A DNA stretch of 64,000 bases from Eledone cirrhosa (lineage: Eukaryota): contig OZ024750.1 of the NCBI GenBank assembly GCA_964016885.1, forward strand, positions 31,620,001 through 31,684,000, read 5' to 3'. Within the stretch, counting starts at the first letter, position 1, and each line of letters starts with the position of its first letter. The position numbers were made by a program, and so were the translations under genes. The notes beneath the pieces are model-generated. The model was not told where the DNA came from, did not search any database, and saw only the letters and a list, made by a program, of their open reading frames with translations. This document shows, piece after piece, positions 1-14,210 of this stretch.

Positions 1-204
1 GAATGAGTCTGTATGTCGTCAGATACAGTTTTTAAATTTATGTATTTTCCTGTTTGTTTGTAGATAATAAACCCACTACCCATTACCTTCGCTGTTTTCC
101 TATATTTTTTGATAGTACAGAACTACATATCTATCTACAAGATCTCTCTCTCCCTCCCTCTCTTTCTCTCTATCTTTTTACACGCACACAGAGACAAAGG
201 CATA

Positions 205-239
205 TATATATATAGACATATTTATGTATATATTTATTC

Positions 240-281
<42 letters not shown>

Positions 282-320
282 GTATATATATTCGTAAATA
301 TATATATTTGTATATATATT

Positions 321-378
<58 letters not shown>

Positions 379-748
379 TACATATACATATATATTGATA
401 TAAACACACACATATATATATATATACATGTATATATATATACATATATATATATAGGTGTTCATGGATATATATATATAAGTATATGTATATATATACA
501 TGCATATATATATAAGTATATGTATAAGTATATGTATATATACATGCATATATATATGTAAGTATATGTATAAGTATATGTATATCTCTATATATATATT
601 TATATATGTATATATATTATATATATATATTTATATATTACATATTTATATATATTTATTTATGTTTTATATATATATATATATATTTATATATGTATAT
701 ATATTATATATATATATTTATATATTACATATTTATATATATTTATTT

Positions 749-843
<95 letters not shown>

Positions 844-903
844 TACATATATATATATGTATAAATGCATATTTATATTATATACGTATATATATATTTA
901 TTT

Positions 904-950
<47 letters not shown>

Positions 951-1010
951 TACATATATATATATGTATAAATGCATATTTATATTATATACGTATATAT
1001 ATATTTATTT

Positions 1011-1083
<73 letters not shown>

Positions 1084-1402
1084 CATGTATATATTTGTAT
1101 ATTATATATATATATATTTATATATTACATGTATATATTTGTATATTATATATATATGCATATTTATATTATATACGTATATATATTTTCATATATTATA
1201 TATATATATACATATTTATATTATATATTATATATATGCATATATATGTAAATACATAGATACATATATGTATATTATATATGTGTATATTTATATACAT
1301 ACATATAAGTATATATTTATATGTGTATATATATATAGATATATACATATACATACATATATATATATATATTTACACACACAAACACACACATAAATAT
1401 AT
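205..1402. repeat. Complex (TA)n-derived array; similar arrays at 3115-3705, 24620-26046, 31729-32470, 43227-43876 and 61375-62088
   Basis: Seen directly. Interrupted TA runs with locally amplified variant motifs. Confidence 0.95.
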
Positions 1403-2559
1403 ATTGATCTTAAACATCCACCTATCTATATACTTTCCTAATTCTCTAACTGTCAACACATTTCTGTCTATCTGCCAATATGTTCAACAGATAAACTGTT
1501 CTGTCTGGCAGTGTTTTCCTTTCACTGTTTATTCACAGCCCTATGTCTCAAGTGATCGATAGATCAATCAATCTCCATCTGTTCATTTATATTTCTTTTG
1601 ATCTTCCATAAATCAGCTTATCTATTTCATAAATATGGCAAGCTCTCACATATGTAAGATAATTATTTGAAAGAGAAACGTCAATTATTTGAGATTATCA
1701 TGCAATTAGTGAATAGATACTCCCTCTGTGAGTGTTTAAAATCTAAAAACAAACTCCCATGTGAAATAGCTCAAATCATTTGATTAAAATATTTTTCAAA
1801 TATACACAGTATGGAGTGGATCATTTCTTTCAAGTCAATTTGTAAAATCAATGGGTGTCTCTAATACACGTTGGAGATATATATTACTATAGTTTTCTCT
1901 AATACCCAGAACCCCGGGGGTATTGTATTTTCCTTTAACCTCAATCGTTGTTAATTATAATCAGCTTTATTTTCTCCGTTTCTATATATATTAACAAATC
2001 TAGTATTGCCATCTGCGTAGAATACGAATATGCTTCGCTGTGGATATCTAATAAAACCGAAACATGTTTTAGAATCCGAATCGGTAATGTCTGAAACTTC
2101 ATTCGTTTAAAGCGTGAGGTGAAACTCGTCAGCTCGGACCAAGGAAGCAATGTTTCCATTGGTTTTTCCAATTGCAGATAGTAATTCACTTGCTTTCAAT
2201 AGCTGGTTTTCGAAAGCTCTTTCAATCCAATTTGATGTTTAATATTGTTCAATGAGCTGTTGTTTACGGAGTTATGTCTTTTGTTGTTTTAAGATTGTGT
2301 ATATTTTTTCGGGTGGAAATTTGTCCACTTGTTGCATTGGTTATCTCAGTATATATAGTTCTTAACTCAATCTACATATGTTAGAAACTGTCGTATTTTA
2401 CTTCGTATGTAGAACGTTCAGGGGAGGTATTTTTCCATAAAAAGATTCTAAGTCTAAAATCTGTCTTCAGCCTGGATACCCATCAGGCGAGTGCGTATAC
2501 CGGCTTCCGTGGACTGAAGCGACGGGTATTATCAGATTCCCCATGGGAAAGACGACAGT

Positions 2560-2725
2560 CGATCGCAGGTTTAAACACCCATCTATTGCTGGCACTCATT
2601 TTCAGCTGAATACACTGGTGCTATGTAAAATGATGTGTTTTTCTCAACACAACCCAGTTCAGGAATTGAACCCACGCCATTATGATCGTAAATTCAATAA
2701 CATTACCACTAAGCCACGCACGTCA
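2560..2725 (-). mobile_element. Older second tRNA-SINE family (CORE-like); related copies near 29675-29930, 38665-38950 and 41680-41960
   Basis: gtggcttagtggta A box, ggttcaattcc B box, and tgttgagaaaaacac..ccagt..cagctgaaaatgagt core. Confidence 0.6.
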
Positions 2726-3167
2726 TAAAAACATTCATTGATATTATGTACAAGTAAGAATATATTAAATGTTTGCTCAATGACTTATCACATCAACGGG
2801 GATGGAACCTGCAACCTTACTATTTTGAGTCAAATACCCTGCTCATTAACCTACGCGACTTCATACATTATCACAATGGTACAAAAGAAAGAAAAAATCA
2901 TGTGTTCATGTTACCAGAGAAGGATGTATATAGAATAATAGAAATCCCAAATGTTCCATGATTAATCTCTACCACGATTACTCCGTGTACACAGAGTAAC
3001 ACATTTCAATAGTAAACATTAGCATATTAACATTCCCTGAGCAACACCAGCTAAATCTAACATACTGAATTATTTAACTTGTACTAATTATTTACTAACA
3101 TAAAACTTATTAGTGTATATATATATACATATATAAATAAGTTATATATATATATATATTAATAAGT

Positions 3168-3204
<37 letters not shown>

Positions 3205-3228
3205 CTTATTCATATATATATATATAAC

Positions 3229-3318
<90 letters not shown>

Positions 3319-3344
3319 CTTATTAATATATATATATATATAAC

Positions 3345-3388
<44 letters not shown>

Positions 3389-3547
3389 GTTATATATATA
3401 TATATATATATATACATATATAAATAAGTTATATATATATATATTAATAAGTTATATATATATATATATATAACTTATTAATATATATATATATATAACT
3501 TATTAATATATATATATATAACTTATTAATATATATATATATATAAC

Positions 3548-3578
<31 letters not shown>

Positions 3579-3646
3579 ACATAATATATATATATATAAC
3601 TTATTTATATATATATATATATAACTTATTAATATATATATACAAC

Positions 3647-3706
<60 letters not shown>

Positions 3707-3736
3707 AGAACAAAAGATGGTTAAAAGAGTTCCATG

Positions 3737-3807
3737 TATTTTATTATGCGCATTTCAAAAACAAATATCATCATGCAATAATATTTGTGTTTTCATCAGA
3801 TAAAACA
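3737..3807 (-). ncRNA. Minimal type-I hammerhead ribozyme
   Basis: Minus strand: tgttttat CTGATGA aaacacaaatat-loop-atatttgttttt GAAA tgcgca TA ataaaata. Stems I and II pair and stem III is palindromic. Confidence 0.82.
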
Positions 3808-4163
3808 GGAGGACATGATATGAAGGTTATATATTATGTATACTCCAGTCCTACAAACTGTAGAATGCTTCTTATCCGATATCTGCATTGCTTTATTGTA
3901 CTACAATAAAACTCACTTCCTACATTATATATATATATATATATACACTAATAAGTTTTATGTTAGTAAATAATTAGTACAAGTTAAATAATTCAGTATG
4001 TTAGATTTAGCTGGTGTTGCTCAAGGAATGTTAATATGCTAATGTTTACTATTGAAATGTGTTACTCTGTGTACACGGAGTAATCGTGGTAGAGATTAAT
4101 CATGGAACATTTGGGATTTCTATTATTCTATATACATCCTTCTCTGGTAACATGAACAATTGA

Positions 4164-4223
<60 letters not shown>

Positions 4224-4251
4224 TGTGTGTGTGTGTGTGTGTGACAGAGAA

Positions 4252-4292
<41 letters not shown>

Positions 4293-4374
4293 TAGAGAAA
4301 TGTAACATCCAGAGCGCAGTGGGAAGCGGTTTCGGCATATATGTTCAAATATAAAGAATATAAAGAATGCAGTT

Positions 4375-7317
4375 TTGTCCTGCAGAAGAGCCATCAAAAT
4401 GGGCACTTTGAATGTGAGAACTATTCGAACGCTGGAGAAGAGAGAGGAGTTGGGACATCTGTTCGAGGAGAGTGGTATACAGATACTTGCGATCCAAGAA
4501 CACTGGATTCTACACGATGAGCGCGTGAGGAGTGTGATGATCGGGAGGAAGAGCCAGCTCATCACTACATCGGCAGTGAAGAACACAACAAATGCTGCAG
4601 TAGGAGGAGTGGGTTTTGTGTTCAGTGCAAAAACCAATCTGTTGGTGAGGGAAATAATGCCTATCTCCCCGCGAGTGTTGAGGGTGACCTTCAATGGAAA
4701 CCCAAGACTGACAGTCATCTCAGCCTATAGTCCAACCGAGGGGGACAGTGATGGGAATGCCGAGGAGTTCCATGAGGAGGTGTGTAGAGCTGTCAACACC
4801 ACTCAGGCACACAATATCCTGCTTGTTTTGGGGGACTTCAATGCACATCTGAGTAAGGAGGGCAGTGAAGATCCTTGCTGGTACTTCCATAACAACACCA
4901 ACCGAAATGGAAGACTACTGAGAGACACCCTGCTGGAGGCGAACTTGATGGCGACCAACCTAAGGTTTAGGAAGAATCTGGGGAAGATGTGGACCTACAT
5001 CTCAGATATGCACCTGTCCAAGTCCCAGATTGATTTCATTCTGGTGAGGAAAAAGTGGCGGAATAGTGTTCTGAACACGGAACCATACAGCTATTTCAGT
5101 ACACTGGGTAGTGACCACCGGCTTGTTATGAGTGAGGTCCGCGTGAGCTTAAGAAAGAGCAAGGCTCAGCCCCGGAGAACAATCTATGACTGGGGAGCTT
5201 TCAAGGAAGATGATAAGCTACAGGAGAGGTTCACAGTGGAAGTGAGAAACAGGTTTAGTGCTCTGTGTGGAGAGTCAGAGGAGAGAGAGATTGGATGGAC
5301 TGAGGAGAGTGTGACGAGGAGGTACGGGCACTTCACCAATGCAGTGGCGAAAGCAAGTGAAACCCTGGTGCCGAGGAAAAAGAACAAAGGGAAGCACGTC
5401 AGCTCTGCAGACCCAAAAGTGTGTGCAGCCAGAGAACACCTGAAAGCTGCCAGGGACCAATTCTATGCTGATCCTACGGAGGAGAGGATGGAGACTGTGG
5501 AGGTGATGAGGGAAGAGCTCTGTACCGCTTACACTGAGGTCAGAGAGGAGGCACTAATAGAGAAGATCAGAAGTGTGGAGAGAGCGGTTGACAGATCTGG
5601 ATGTAAGGAGAGCTGGATGATCATCAACGAGATCACAGGGAGGAAGAAAAGGTGTTCGAGTCAGATCCAGGGAACGGGGCCCGAGGATAGGAAGAGGAAA
5701 TGGCTAGACCATTTTAGGACCCTACTAGGAGAGCCACCCTCCACAGCCCAGAGCACTGGGGAGATCAGGCGGCTGTTTGAGGAACTGGATGTTGAGACAG
5801 AGCCCTTCACCAGAGAGGAGCTTCAGAGAGCCAAGAAGAAGATCAAGGAGGGCAAGGCTCATGGAGAAGATGGAGTGGCATCAGAGGTGATGAAGAGGTG
5901 TGATTTTGATGATATCATCCTGGGGTTCTGTAACGGGGCACTGGAGAAAGGAGTTGCCCCGAATCAGTGGAGGATCAGTAACATCGTCCCAGTGCCAAAG
6001 AAGGGAGATCTCTCTAACACCAACAACTACCGGGGGATCTCACTGACGTCACTTGTGGCAGAGACCCTCAACAGGATGATTCTTAACAGGATCCAGCCTG
6101 AGATGGAGAAGAAGCTCAGGGACAACCAGAACGGCTTCAGAGAGGGTAGATCAACCACCAGTCACATCCTGATGCTGAGGAGGATATTAGAGGGAGCTAG
6201 AGCAAAGTGCCTTCCTGCGGTCATGGTTTTCATTGACTTTAGGAAGGCCTTTGATTCTGTGGACCGTTACTGCCTGATGAAGATCTTACAGGCTTATGGA
6301 ATCCCCAAGAGGATAGTGGACCTGATATCACTGCTCTACACCAACACCAAAGCCCAAGTCATTACACCTGATGGGATGACAGAGTTCTTTGAGATACTGG
6401 CTGGAGTGCTCCAGGGAGATACATTGGCTCCCTAACTTTTTATCATCGTAGTGGACTATTGTATGCGCCTTGCACTGGAGAAACACCAGGACTCTGGCTT
6501 TACTGTAGCACCGGCTCAGAGCAGGAGAGTTGGGGCGAAAAAGGTATCGGATGCTGAATTTGCCGACGACATAGTTTTGGTGACAAATACAGTGAAGGAG
6601 GCAGAGGATTTGATGCGGGAGGTTGAGACTGTGTCAATGAGTGTGGGGCTGAGAATGAATGAGACTAAAACAAAATATCTGGTAGAGAATGTTGAGAAGC
6701 CAGAGGGGATCACTAATGTAGGCGGGAAGCCGCTGGAATTGGTTGAGGACTTCCTGTATTTGGGAGCAAAGATTGGGAATACGGAAGATGATGTGGTTGA
6801 GAGGAAGAGCAAGGCCTGGGCGGCGTGCCACAGCTTGAGATCGGTGTGGAAGTCGGACCTTCGTAGAGACCTGAAAATACGCCTCTTCATTGCTGTAGTG
6901 GAGTCTGTGCTGCTGTATGGGTCTGAGACTTGGACACTGACCAAGAGACTCACTCAGATGGTGGATGGGTGCTACACGAGAATGCTGAGGATGGCTCTGA
7001 ACATTAATCAGTATACACTGAGGATGAAAAACTCAGAGCTGTATGGGAGCCTCCCAAAAGTCAGCTCAAAAGTGACACAGAGGAGACTGAGGTTGGCTGG
7101 ACATGCTCACCGACATCCAGAGTTGACATTGCACTCAGTGCTCCTTTGGGAGCCCCTACATGGACACACTGGAAGAGGAAGACCAAGGTTAACATATGTT
7201 GATGCCCTAAGGACAGACACTGGTCTGTTGGAGACGCAGGACATGGCAGCGATAATGAGGGACAGAGACCGCTGGAGAGAACTCGTCCATGGATCTCGGG
7301 AATTTTACCCGCCTTAG
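4375..7317 (+). pseudogene. APE-RT polyprotein interrupted by one nonsense codon (TAA 6433-6435)
   Basis: ORFs 4375-6435 and 6451-7317 are in the same frame. TAA falls in QGDTLAP*LFIIVVDY, where Tyr is expected. Confidence 0.9.
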
Positions 7318-7320
7318 ATA
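4375..7320 (+). mobile_element. RTE-clade non-LTR retrotransposon, near full length
   Basis: One reading frame: APE endonuclease (GTLNVRT, LAIQEH, VLGDFNA, QIDFIL, SDH) then RT (NYRGISL, QNGFREGRST, FIDFRKAFD, GVLQGDTLAP, EFADD) and an RTE-type C-terminus ([18 protein letters not shown]). Very short 3' end running into TAGA/TA repeats. Confidence 0.95.
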
Positions 7321-7489
7321 GATATATATATATATAATGTTGTAGTTCCTGTCTGTTTGTTTGCTAGTTTGTTCACGAACTCCTCGCATGGTATTGGAGA
7401 TAGACGCCCAAAACCATATATATTCTGAAATTATATTGCCCAGGATACTTGGATAAGTATATTATATTTTAATCAAAGGGTTCCCCTTT

Positions 7490-7958
<469 letters not shown>

Positions 7959-7959
7959 T

Positions 7960-8570
7960 TGTTTGGTGAACTCCCTCTTTCCAGGTATGGGTACAAAAAT
8001 AGGACTAAAGTCATATAAATGGACATAACTAGCTACTACTCATCGATTTCACCAACACTATTCAATAAGGCTTTGATATACGCAATGAAATATACGGATC
8101 TTACGAGTGAGGAAGTTAACATTATTCTTACGACCAGGCAAACGATAATAGATTTCAACGGAGAATTATGGACCATTGTAACGAATGGCAACGTAAATAA
8201 CTGCAACTGTAGAAATCGTAATATTTGCCCATTGAATAATAACTGTTTAGAAGAAAATATTGTTTATGAATGCGAAGTAGAAACGAATAGCAAATCTTAT
8301 AGATATATTGGTACAACCTTTACTAGATATAAGGCAAGGTGGCACAACCATCGCCACTCATTTAAAAGAGCTGATAAAATATCTAGCATAGCCCTATCGG
8401 AACTAATTTGGTCGCTTAAAAATAAGCAAGTTGAATACTCCCTTTCTTGGCAAAACTCTCGCACGCTTTTCCATACATAAATGGCTCTATATCTAAGAGA
8501 TGTGAACTCTGTACCACCGAGACGCTCCACATCATACATAGTAATCATAACATTTTAAATTCTTGTTTAA
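7960..8570 (+). mobile_element. Penelope-like (Neptune-type) fragment: RT piece joined by internal deletion to GIY-YIG endonuclease
   Basis: DITSYYSSI (RT motif) fused to CNCRNRNICPLNNNC (Cys linker), then IVYECEV..YIGTT..KARWHNH..LSELIWSLK. A frameshifted tail encodes RCELC. Confidence 0.85.
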
Positions 8571-9211
8571 ACAAAATTAGCAAAACGTTTCATAGAGTTT
8601 TTAGTTAAATCATAAATAAAGCTAAATAGACCACGAAATAAGTAATTTAATATTAATTAATATATAGATACGTTATAAGTTTAGCATCTTAGTATAAATA
8701 TCTTAAATTAGAAGTAGTATCTAAGTGGATTGAATCTAGCGCAAGAAAAAATGGACTAACAGTCCATACATGATTCCCTTAAAATTAAACGTTAAACGGC
8801 CAAGTTGGTAGATTGATATCCTAGCCAGTTCACAAACAGCAACGCCAAATGAAATATCTATCTCCCACTCATACAAACACTATTGCAGGAAATCTTTCGG
8901 GCATATGCGTGCCAGTCGCTGAAGTGAATAGCTCTCGTGACCTGCGGCATATCAACGGATATTTACGTCTCGTGCGGAGTTTTATCTGATGAGAACACGT
9001 ATAATAAAATAAATAGGGATGGACAAGTGAAACCGTATTTCTTGTTTATTACTATAATAAAATTCCGGATAAATATTAACCGTGGAGTGCGTGCTTGACA
9101 TCTGTTATGAAAAAGTGGCAGATTTACAATCAACCAACTCTCTTTAATTGAATATGTATATAATAGATGGATTTCCGATGTACATCGGGAGTTGACCACT
9201 TAAAAAAAAGG

Positions 9212-9298
<87 letters not shown>

Positions 9299-10012
9299 TG
9301 TCTGTCTATGCAAAACTGCCTTACTGTTTTCTTTGTACGCATATCTACATCGAAATTATCCTGTTCCTCGTCATATCTCTCTTTCTAGGAGTGTCCCCCT
9401 TCCCTACTCTCCCCACATTATTTCTTTATATACTTAGTTTCAAACAATACACAGCCCTTCTCCCTTTTTTACCTGTCAATTTTACCATCTATACAATCCT
9501 TTTATTTTTACTTTCCCATCTTATCTACTTGTTACTTTTGTTTCTTAAGTTCAGATCAATCAGATTATACGCAGCTCTGTTCAGCTATCTACCTGACATT
9601 CTTGTTCTCAGTATACCCGAGGCGATCTGTCATCACCGATTTTCATTAATCCCTTGCTTGTGTCTTCCACATCAATTTTCACTTACTTAATCCACAATTC
9701 AATATCTACATGTCGTCTGTTTCTAATAGCTAGCTCTCTATGTCATTTAGCACTATCCCCCATATCAACCTGCAAACGCATTTGCTTTCGACTTTTCTAA
9801 TGATTTCTATTTTAAACCTCATCTCCACAATCAATTGCCAGTTCCTTCCAATCAGTATTGATGCAATGAACTATAGATCCCTCCACATAAACTGAACTTC
9901 ACCAAGAGAAAATAATATATTCACAGCGTAGCTACGTCAGTTTTGTTCGCAAAAAATCATTTATAGTGTTGAGCACAATAAATCAGCAAAGGAGATATAA
10001 ATGTATAAATAA

Positions 10013-10200
10013 TAATTGTTTCTACTTTTGGCACAAGGCTAGCAATTATATCAGTGTATTACTGGTACTTTATTTTATCAACCCCGTAAGGATGAAAGGC
10101 AAGGTGAACCTCGGCGGGATTTGAACTCGGGACCATAAAGGGCCGTAACTCTCTGCTGCAAAGCCCGGCGTCCTCACCTCTACCGATACTGCCAATCCAC
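10013..10200 (-). mobile_element. tRNA-derived SINE (Meta/MESC-like core)
   Basis: A box TGGCAGTATCGGT, B box GAGTTCAAATCC, core gcctttcatccttacggggt.gataaaataaagtaccag, tail gtagaaacaatt. Confidence 0.85.
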
Positions 10201-10908
10201 TGACAAATGCACCGTGATGATAGATTACAGCTAGCCGTCTTTCAGCAGAGTTTTCATTTGTATATTTTCCTGCTCTGTAATACTCCTGAGTTATATCGTT
10301 GAATTGAATGCAATGATTACAGGAGTTGTTGCAATAATGCACCAGGTTTAGCACCTGGTCATCATAACAAAAATGAAGGTCGATATAAAATCCAAATACG
10401 TGATCCTCTATTTGGTGCTCGTATTTACCCTTACCTATGGTCTTGAACATTAGGAAATGGCTGAAAATACGATTGCGATTAGAAATGGCCGATATAGGGT
10501 TCCTCCAAATGATCTTTGGAATAACGTTATTCGATTCATTACATAGCTCAGATATCAGGGAGTCGATGCAATTGGTGCCACTACTTCTTCTAATAGAGAA
10601 ATCACTGCTTCGATAATCCACAGACGAGTGGTCACAATATCTAAGGAAAAAAATCGGCGGACAGGTTTTACAAGTAAAATCAAGCATAAGTAGCAACGCT
10701 AGACAACGAACAAGGTGATTGGATATATTCCATGAACTCGGTTGGTCTCGTTTTTGCAATTTGGTTATTTGGAAACGTTTGCTTCTGGTAGGTCTTTCTC
10801 TCTCTCTCTCTCTCTTTATATATATATATATATATACATTATGAAGAGAGAAGAAACATTTAGATATAATTAGAAATAAAATGTATCATACCTAAACTGC
10901 TCCTAGAT

Positions 10909-10998
10909 TCCTCGACTACGTAGTTTCGTGGTATAAACAAAAACAATACATCATAAAGATATAGGGTCCTTGCGAGGTCTGCCGACTTATCAAGAGGA
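10909..10998 (-). ncRNA. Hammerhead ribozyme, U3-A8 core variant (copy 1)
   Basis: Minus strand: tcctc TTGATAA gtcggca..taccac GAAA ctacgtag TC gagga. Confidence 0.68.
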
Positions 10999-11501
10999 TA
11001 CCTCATTTTACTAGCCTCAAGAACGCGTCTACACGACGTGAGAAAGAATCCCAAAAGGCGGAGGGGGAGATAGTCACGCGATATAACGGTCGAGAAACAG
11101 AGCTAAGCCTCTTATAACCCCGAAGAAAATACCACGGAGGCGGAGGGGGTATTCATATCGAAGCCGTAGAAGAGGTGGTGAAGGGGACGAGAAGTATGAG
11201 TAATGGCTGCTTTCCAGCAGTCACAACACTTCAAAGATTGCTCGACCAGAGGGAGTTATTAACAATATATTTAGAAACACACAGATACATGCGGACACAC
11301 ACATATACATGAATGCATCCACACCCAACCGTGAGTTAAGGGTGCCAACCTCACCGATGTTGCTCAATGAATGACTGGGACAGACCAATCCGGTTGAACC
11401 AGACTGAACCAGTATCAGAGTTAAAAATACATTATGAAGAGAGAAGAAACATTTAGATATAATTAGAAATAAAATGTATCATACCTAAACTGCTCCTAGA
11501 T

Positions 11502-11591
11502 TCCTCGACTACGTAGTTTCGTGGCATAAACAAAAACAATACATCATAAAGATATAGGGTCCTTGCGAGGTCTGCCGACTTATCAAGAGGA
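11502..11591 (-). ncRNA. Hammerhead ribozyme, U3-A8 core variant (copy 2)
   Basis: Minus strand: tcctc TTGATAA gtcggca..tgccac GAAA ctacgtag TC gagga. Confidence 0.72.
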
Positions 11592-11857
11592 TACCTCATT
11601 TTACTAGCCTCAAGAACGCGTCTACACGACGTGAGAAAGAATCCCAAAAGGCGATATAACGGTCGAGAAACAGAGCTAAGCCTCTTATAACCCCGAAGAA
11701 AATACCACGGAGGCGGAGGGGGTATTCATATCGAAGCCGTAGAAGAGGTGGTGAAGGAGGCGAGAAGTATGAGTAATGGCTGCTTTCCAGCAGTCACAAC
11801 ACTTCAAAGATTGCTCGACCAGAGGGAGTTATTAACAATATATTTAGAAACACACAG

Positions 11858-11903
<46 letters not shown>

Positions 11904-12084
11904 TTCAGGGGTGTCTGAGGTCTCATTTCGCTCGAAAATCTCAGTTGGTAGAAGAGAAGCAGAAGCATTTTCTTCTACGTTTTATGATATGTTCATAACC
12001 TATTTGTCTGGTCTATGATTTGTGTGGACTTGATTTACATAGGAGATTGAATAGATTTTAATGATTTGAAATGTCTGGGGAATT

Positions 12085-12195
12085 TCTTATAATGTATTTA
12101 TATTTGAATTCCTTTATGGTGTCCTCTACCAATCTGCTCAAATATTCATTGTTAATTAGTGTTTCTCTTATGCTGCGGATTTCTTTATCCACGTT
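12085..12195 (-). mobile_element. Penelope-like RT thumb remnant
   Basis: Minus-strand translation VDKEIRSIRETLINNEYLSRLVEDTIKEF resembles the PLE E..I...L.NNGYP motif. Confidence 0.5.
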
Positions 12196-12869
12196 CTACA
12201 TATATCACAATGCTATACGAAAATAAACATACAAACAACATACACATGATACAAATAAAATATAAACGTGGGTGATGATGTGTATATCTAACGATAGGGG
12301 TTCAGACTTAAATTTAAATAAGTCATAATGCAAACATAAAATCTGGCAATGAATTTTCATAAATTACATTTGCTTACTATAGTAGAGATATAATACTAAT
12401 GCATACAGTTAAAAATACAGCAGGGAGTTATTTAGAAATACGAAACTTACTCGTAATGTATATTTAGGGGAAACATTTCATTGTTTACATTCTAGTTGAT
12501 GAGATAATGGGTGCAGGAAAGTGGCTGGACTGCTTTAGTGTAAAGTGTACAATGACCTATGGCTAGTAGCACATGATCTTCGATTCCGAACGGCGATTTC
12601 TTCCCTTTTTAATGACTCAAGGTCTTATATCACCGATTAATTTTCAAGTATTAAGCAGTTAAAAGTATACGTTGTGGTACCGTTGCATCAAAGCAGAGCA
12701 CACATCTGTTTATGTGTGTGTGTTTAAGAGCATGTTTGTGTCATTAGGAGATTCGCATCATGCCACTTCGATTGGGATTCGATCTAATTGCTGAGCATTT
12801 TCGGCGTACTATACTTACTATAGCTTATGGTTCATCAATGTCTTGTGGAATTTAGTAGATGTGAAATGA

Positions 12870-12999
<130 letters not shown>

Positions 13000-13001
13000 A
13001 T

Positions 13002-13150
13002 ATAACAAAGAAAGTGTGGCAAAAAACCAGGTGGACCATAACGCACCAGAGTACTTGATACTTAAGGTAGTAGAGTAGGTAATAGGAAAAGAATCAGGAA
13101 ACCAACTAGTTCGGATCTACCTGTCGAAACGGCCGGAGCTCAACCAAAGT
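13002..13150. mobile_element. Family B short TA-associated element, internally inverted
   Basis: Shares gtggaccataacgcaccagagtact..gtagtagagt.ggtaatagga with 31098, 32471, 47028 and 57220. Confidence 0.75.
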
Positions 13151-13229
13151 CACCTCTTTAACGAAATATGATTGCGCCTACATATCTCGACTTACCATTT
13201 ACACAACTACCTAAAACGCCCCCCCCCCG

Positions 13230-13272
<43 letters not shown>

Positions 13273-13599
13273 AATTAATCGGTGATATAAGACCTTGAGT
13301 CATAAAAAAGGGAAGAAATCGCCGTTCGGAATCGAAGATCGTGTGCTGATAGCTATATGTCTTTGTACACTTTCCATGTTTATTTAAAACTATTCAAATA
13401 TGTTCCAGTAATCATGGCTCCTGTTTCATTAGCTTACAGAAGCGAAATGTAAATTTGACAAACTACTTTAAGAAGACGAAAATTATAATGTCAAAACATC
13501 AACATTTTCCAAATTTTAAAAATATGTCCGATTTGTTAAAGACTCGTGTATGTTAGCTCCTACAATGAAAGCTTCTAAATTCTGTCATTATCTCTCTCA

Positions 13600-13780
13600 T
13601 GGATTGGCAGTATCGGTAGAGGGTCGGACGCCATGCTTTGTAGCATGGTTACGTCCCTTTACGATCTGAGTTCAAATCCCGCCGAGGTTGACTTTGCCTT
13701 TCATCCTTACGGGGTCGATAAAATAAAGTACCAGTAATGCACTGGCTAATTGCTGGCCTTGTGCCTAAAGTAGAAACAAT
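13600..13780 (+). mobile_element. tRNA-derived SINE with 13-bp TSD attatctctctca
   Basis: Same family. TSD at about 13587-13599 and 13779-13791. Confidence 0.9.
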
Positions 13781-14054
13781 TATCTCTCTCAATTAACACC
13801 TCTATAGCGGTGACTAATTATAAAATGATTTTTACAATGTATATACTTTGAATTTGTAATTAGTATTACATGAATACATTATACACAATCTGTGACCTAT
13901 TAACCGGTAATGTGCATTGGACCAATTTGCTTAACAGAGTATCCCGTCCATACATACACACATACACGCGCATACACACACACACACACACACATTACAC
14001 ACAAACAAACACACACACACACGCGCATACACACACACACAAACAAACACACAT

Positions 14055-14126
<72 letters not shown>

Positions 14127-14178
14127 GTATATATATATATGTATATATACATATGTATATATACATATGTATATATAC

Positions 14179-14210
<32 letters not shown>

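Larger units (their letters stand above)
10836..11862 (-). mobile_element. Partial tandem (~1.7 x 593 bp) hammerhead-bearing non-coding element (family E)
   Basis: 10836-11290 is repeated at 11429-11862 and is nearly identical apart from a 20-bp indel. Bounded by (TA)n. Confidence 0.8.

Noticed and set aside
109-1562. Long YI/IY, HT, CV and IYLS-repeat ORFs here and throughout the window
   Set aside because: These are translations of stop-free TA, CA and TATC microsatellites, not proteins.
2055-2140. Minus-strand CTGACGA..aaacatgtttcgg hammerhead candidate
   Set aside because: GAAA is not intact and stem II is ambiguous.
4290-4400. HDV-like ribozyme at the RTE 5' end
   Set aside because: The nested double pseudoknot could not be built, and the 5' UTR appears truncated.
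8978-9045. Hammerhead at ttttatCTGATGAgaacacgtataataaaat
   Set aside because: Stem II and GAAA are missing or unpaired. At best a deleted remnant, so it is not counted.
13600-13690. tRNA gene
   Set aside because: The A and B boxes belong to a multi-copy SINE head with TSDs, and no full cloverleaf forms.
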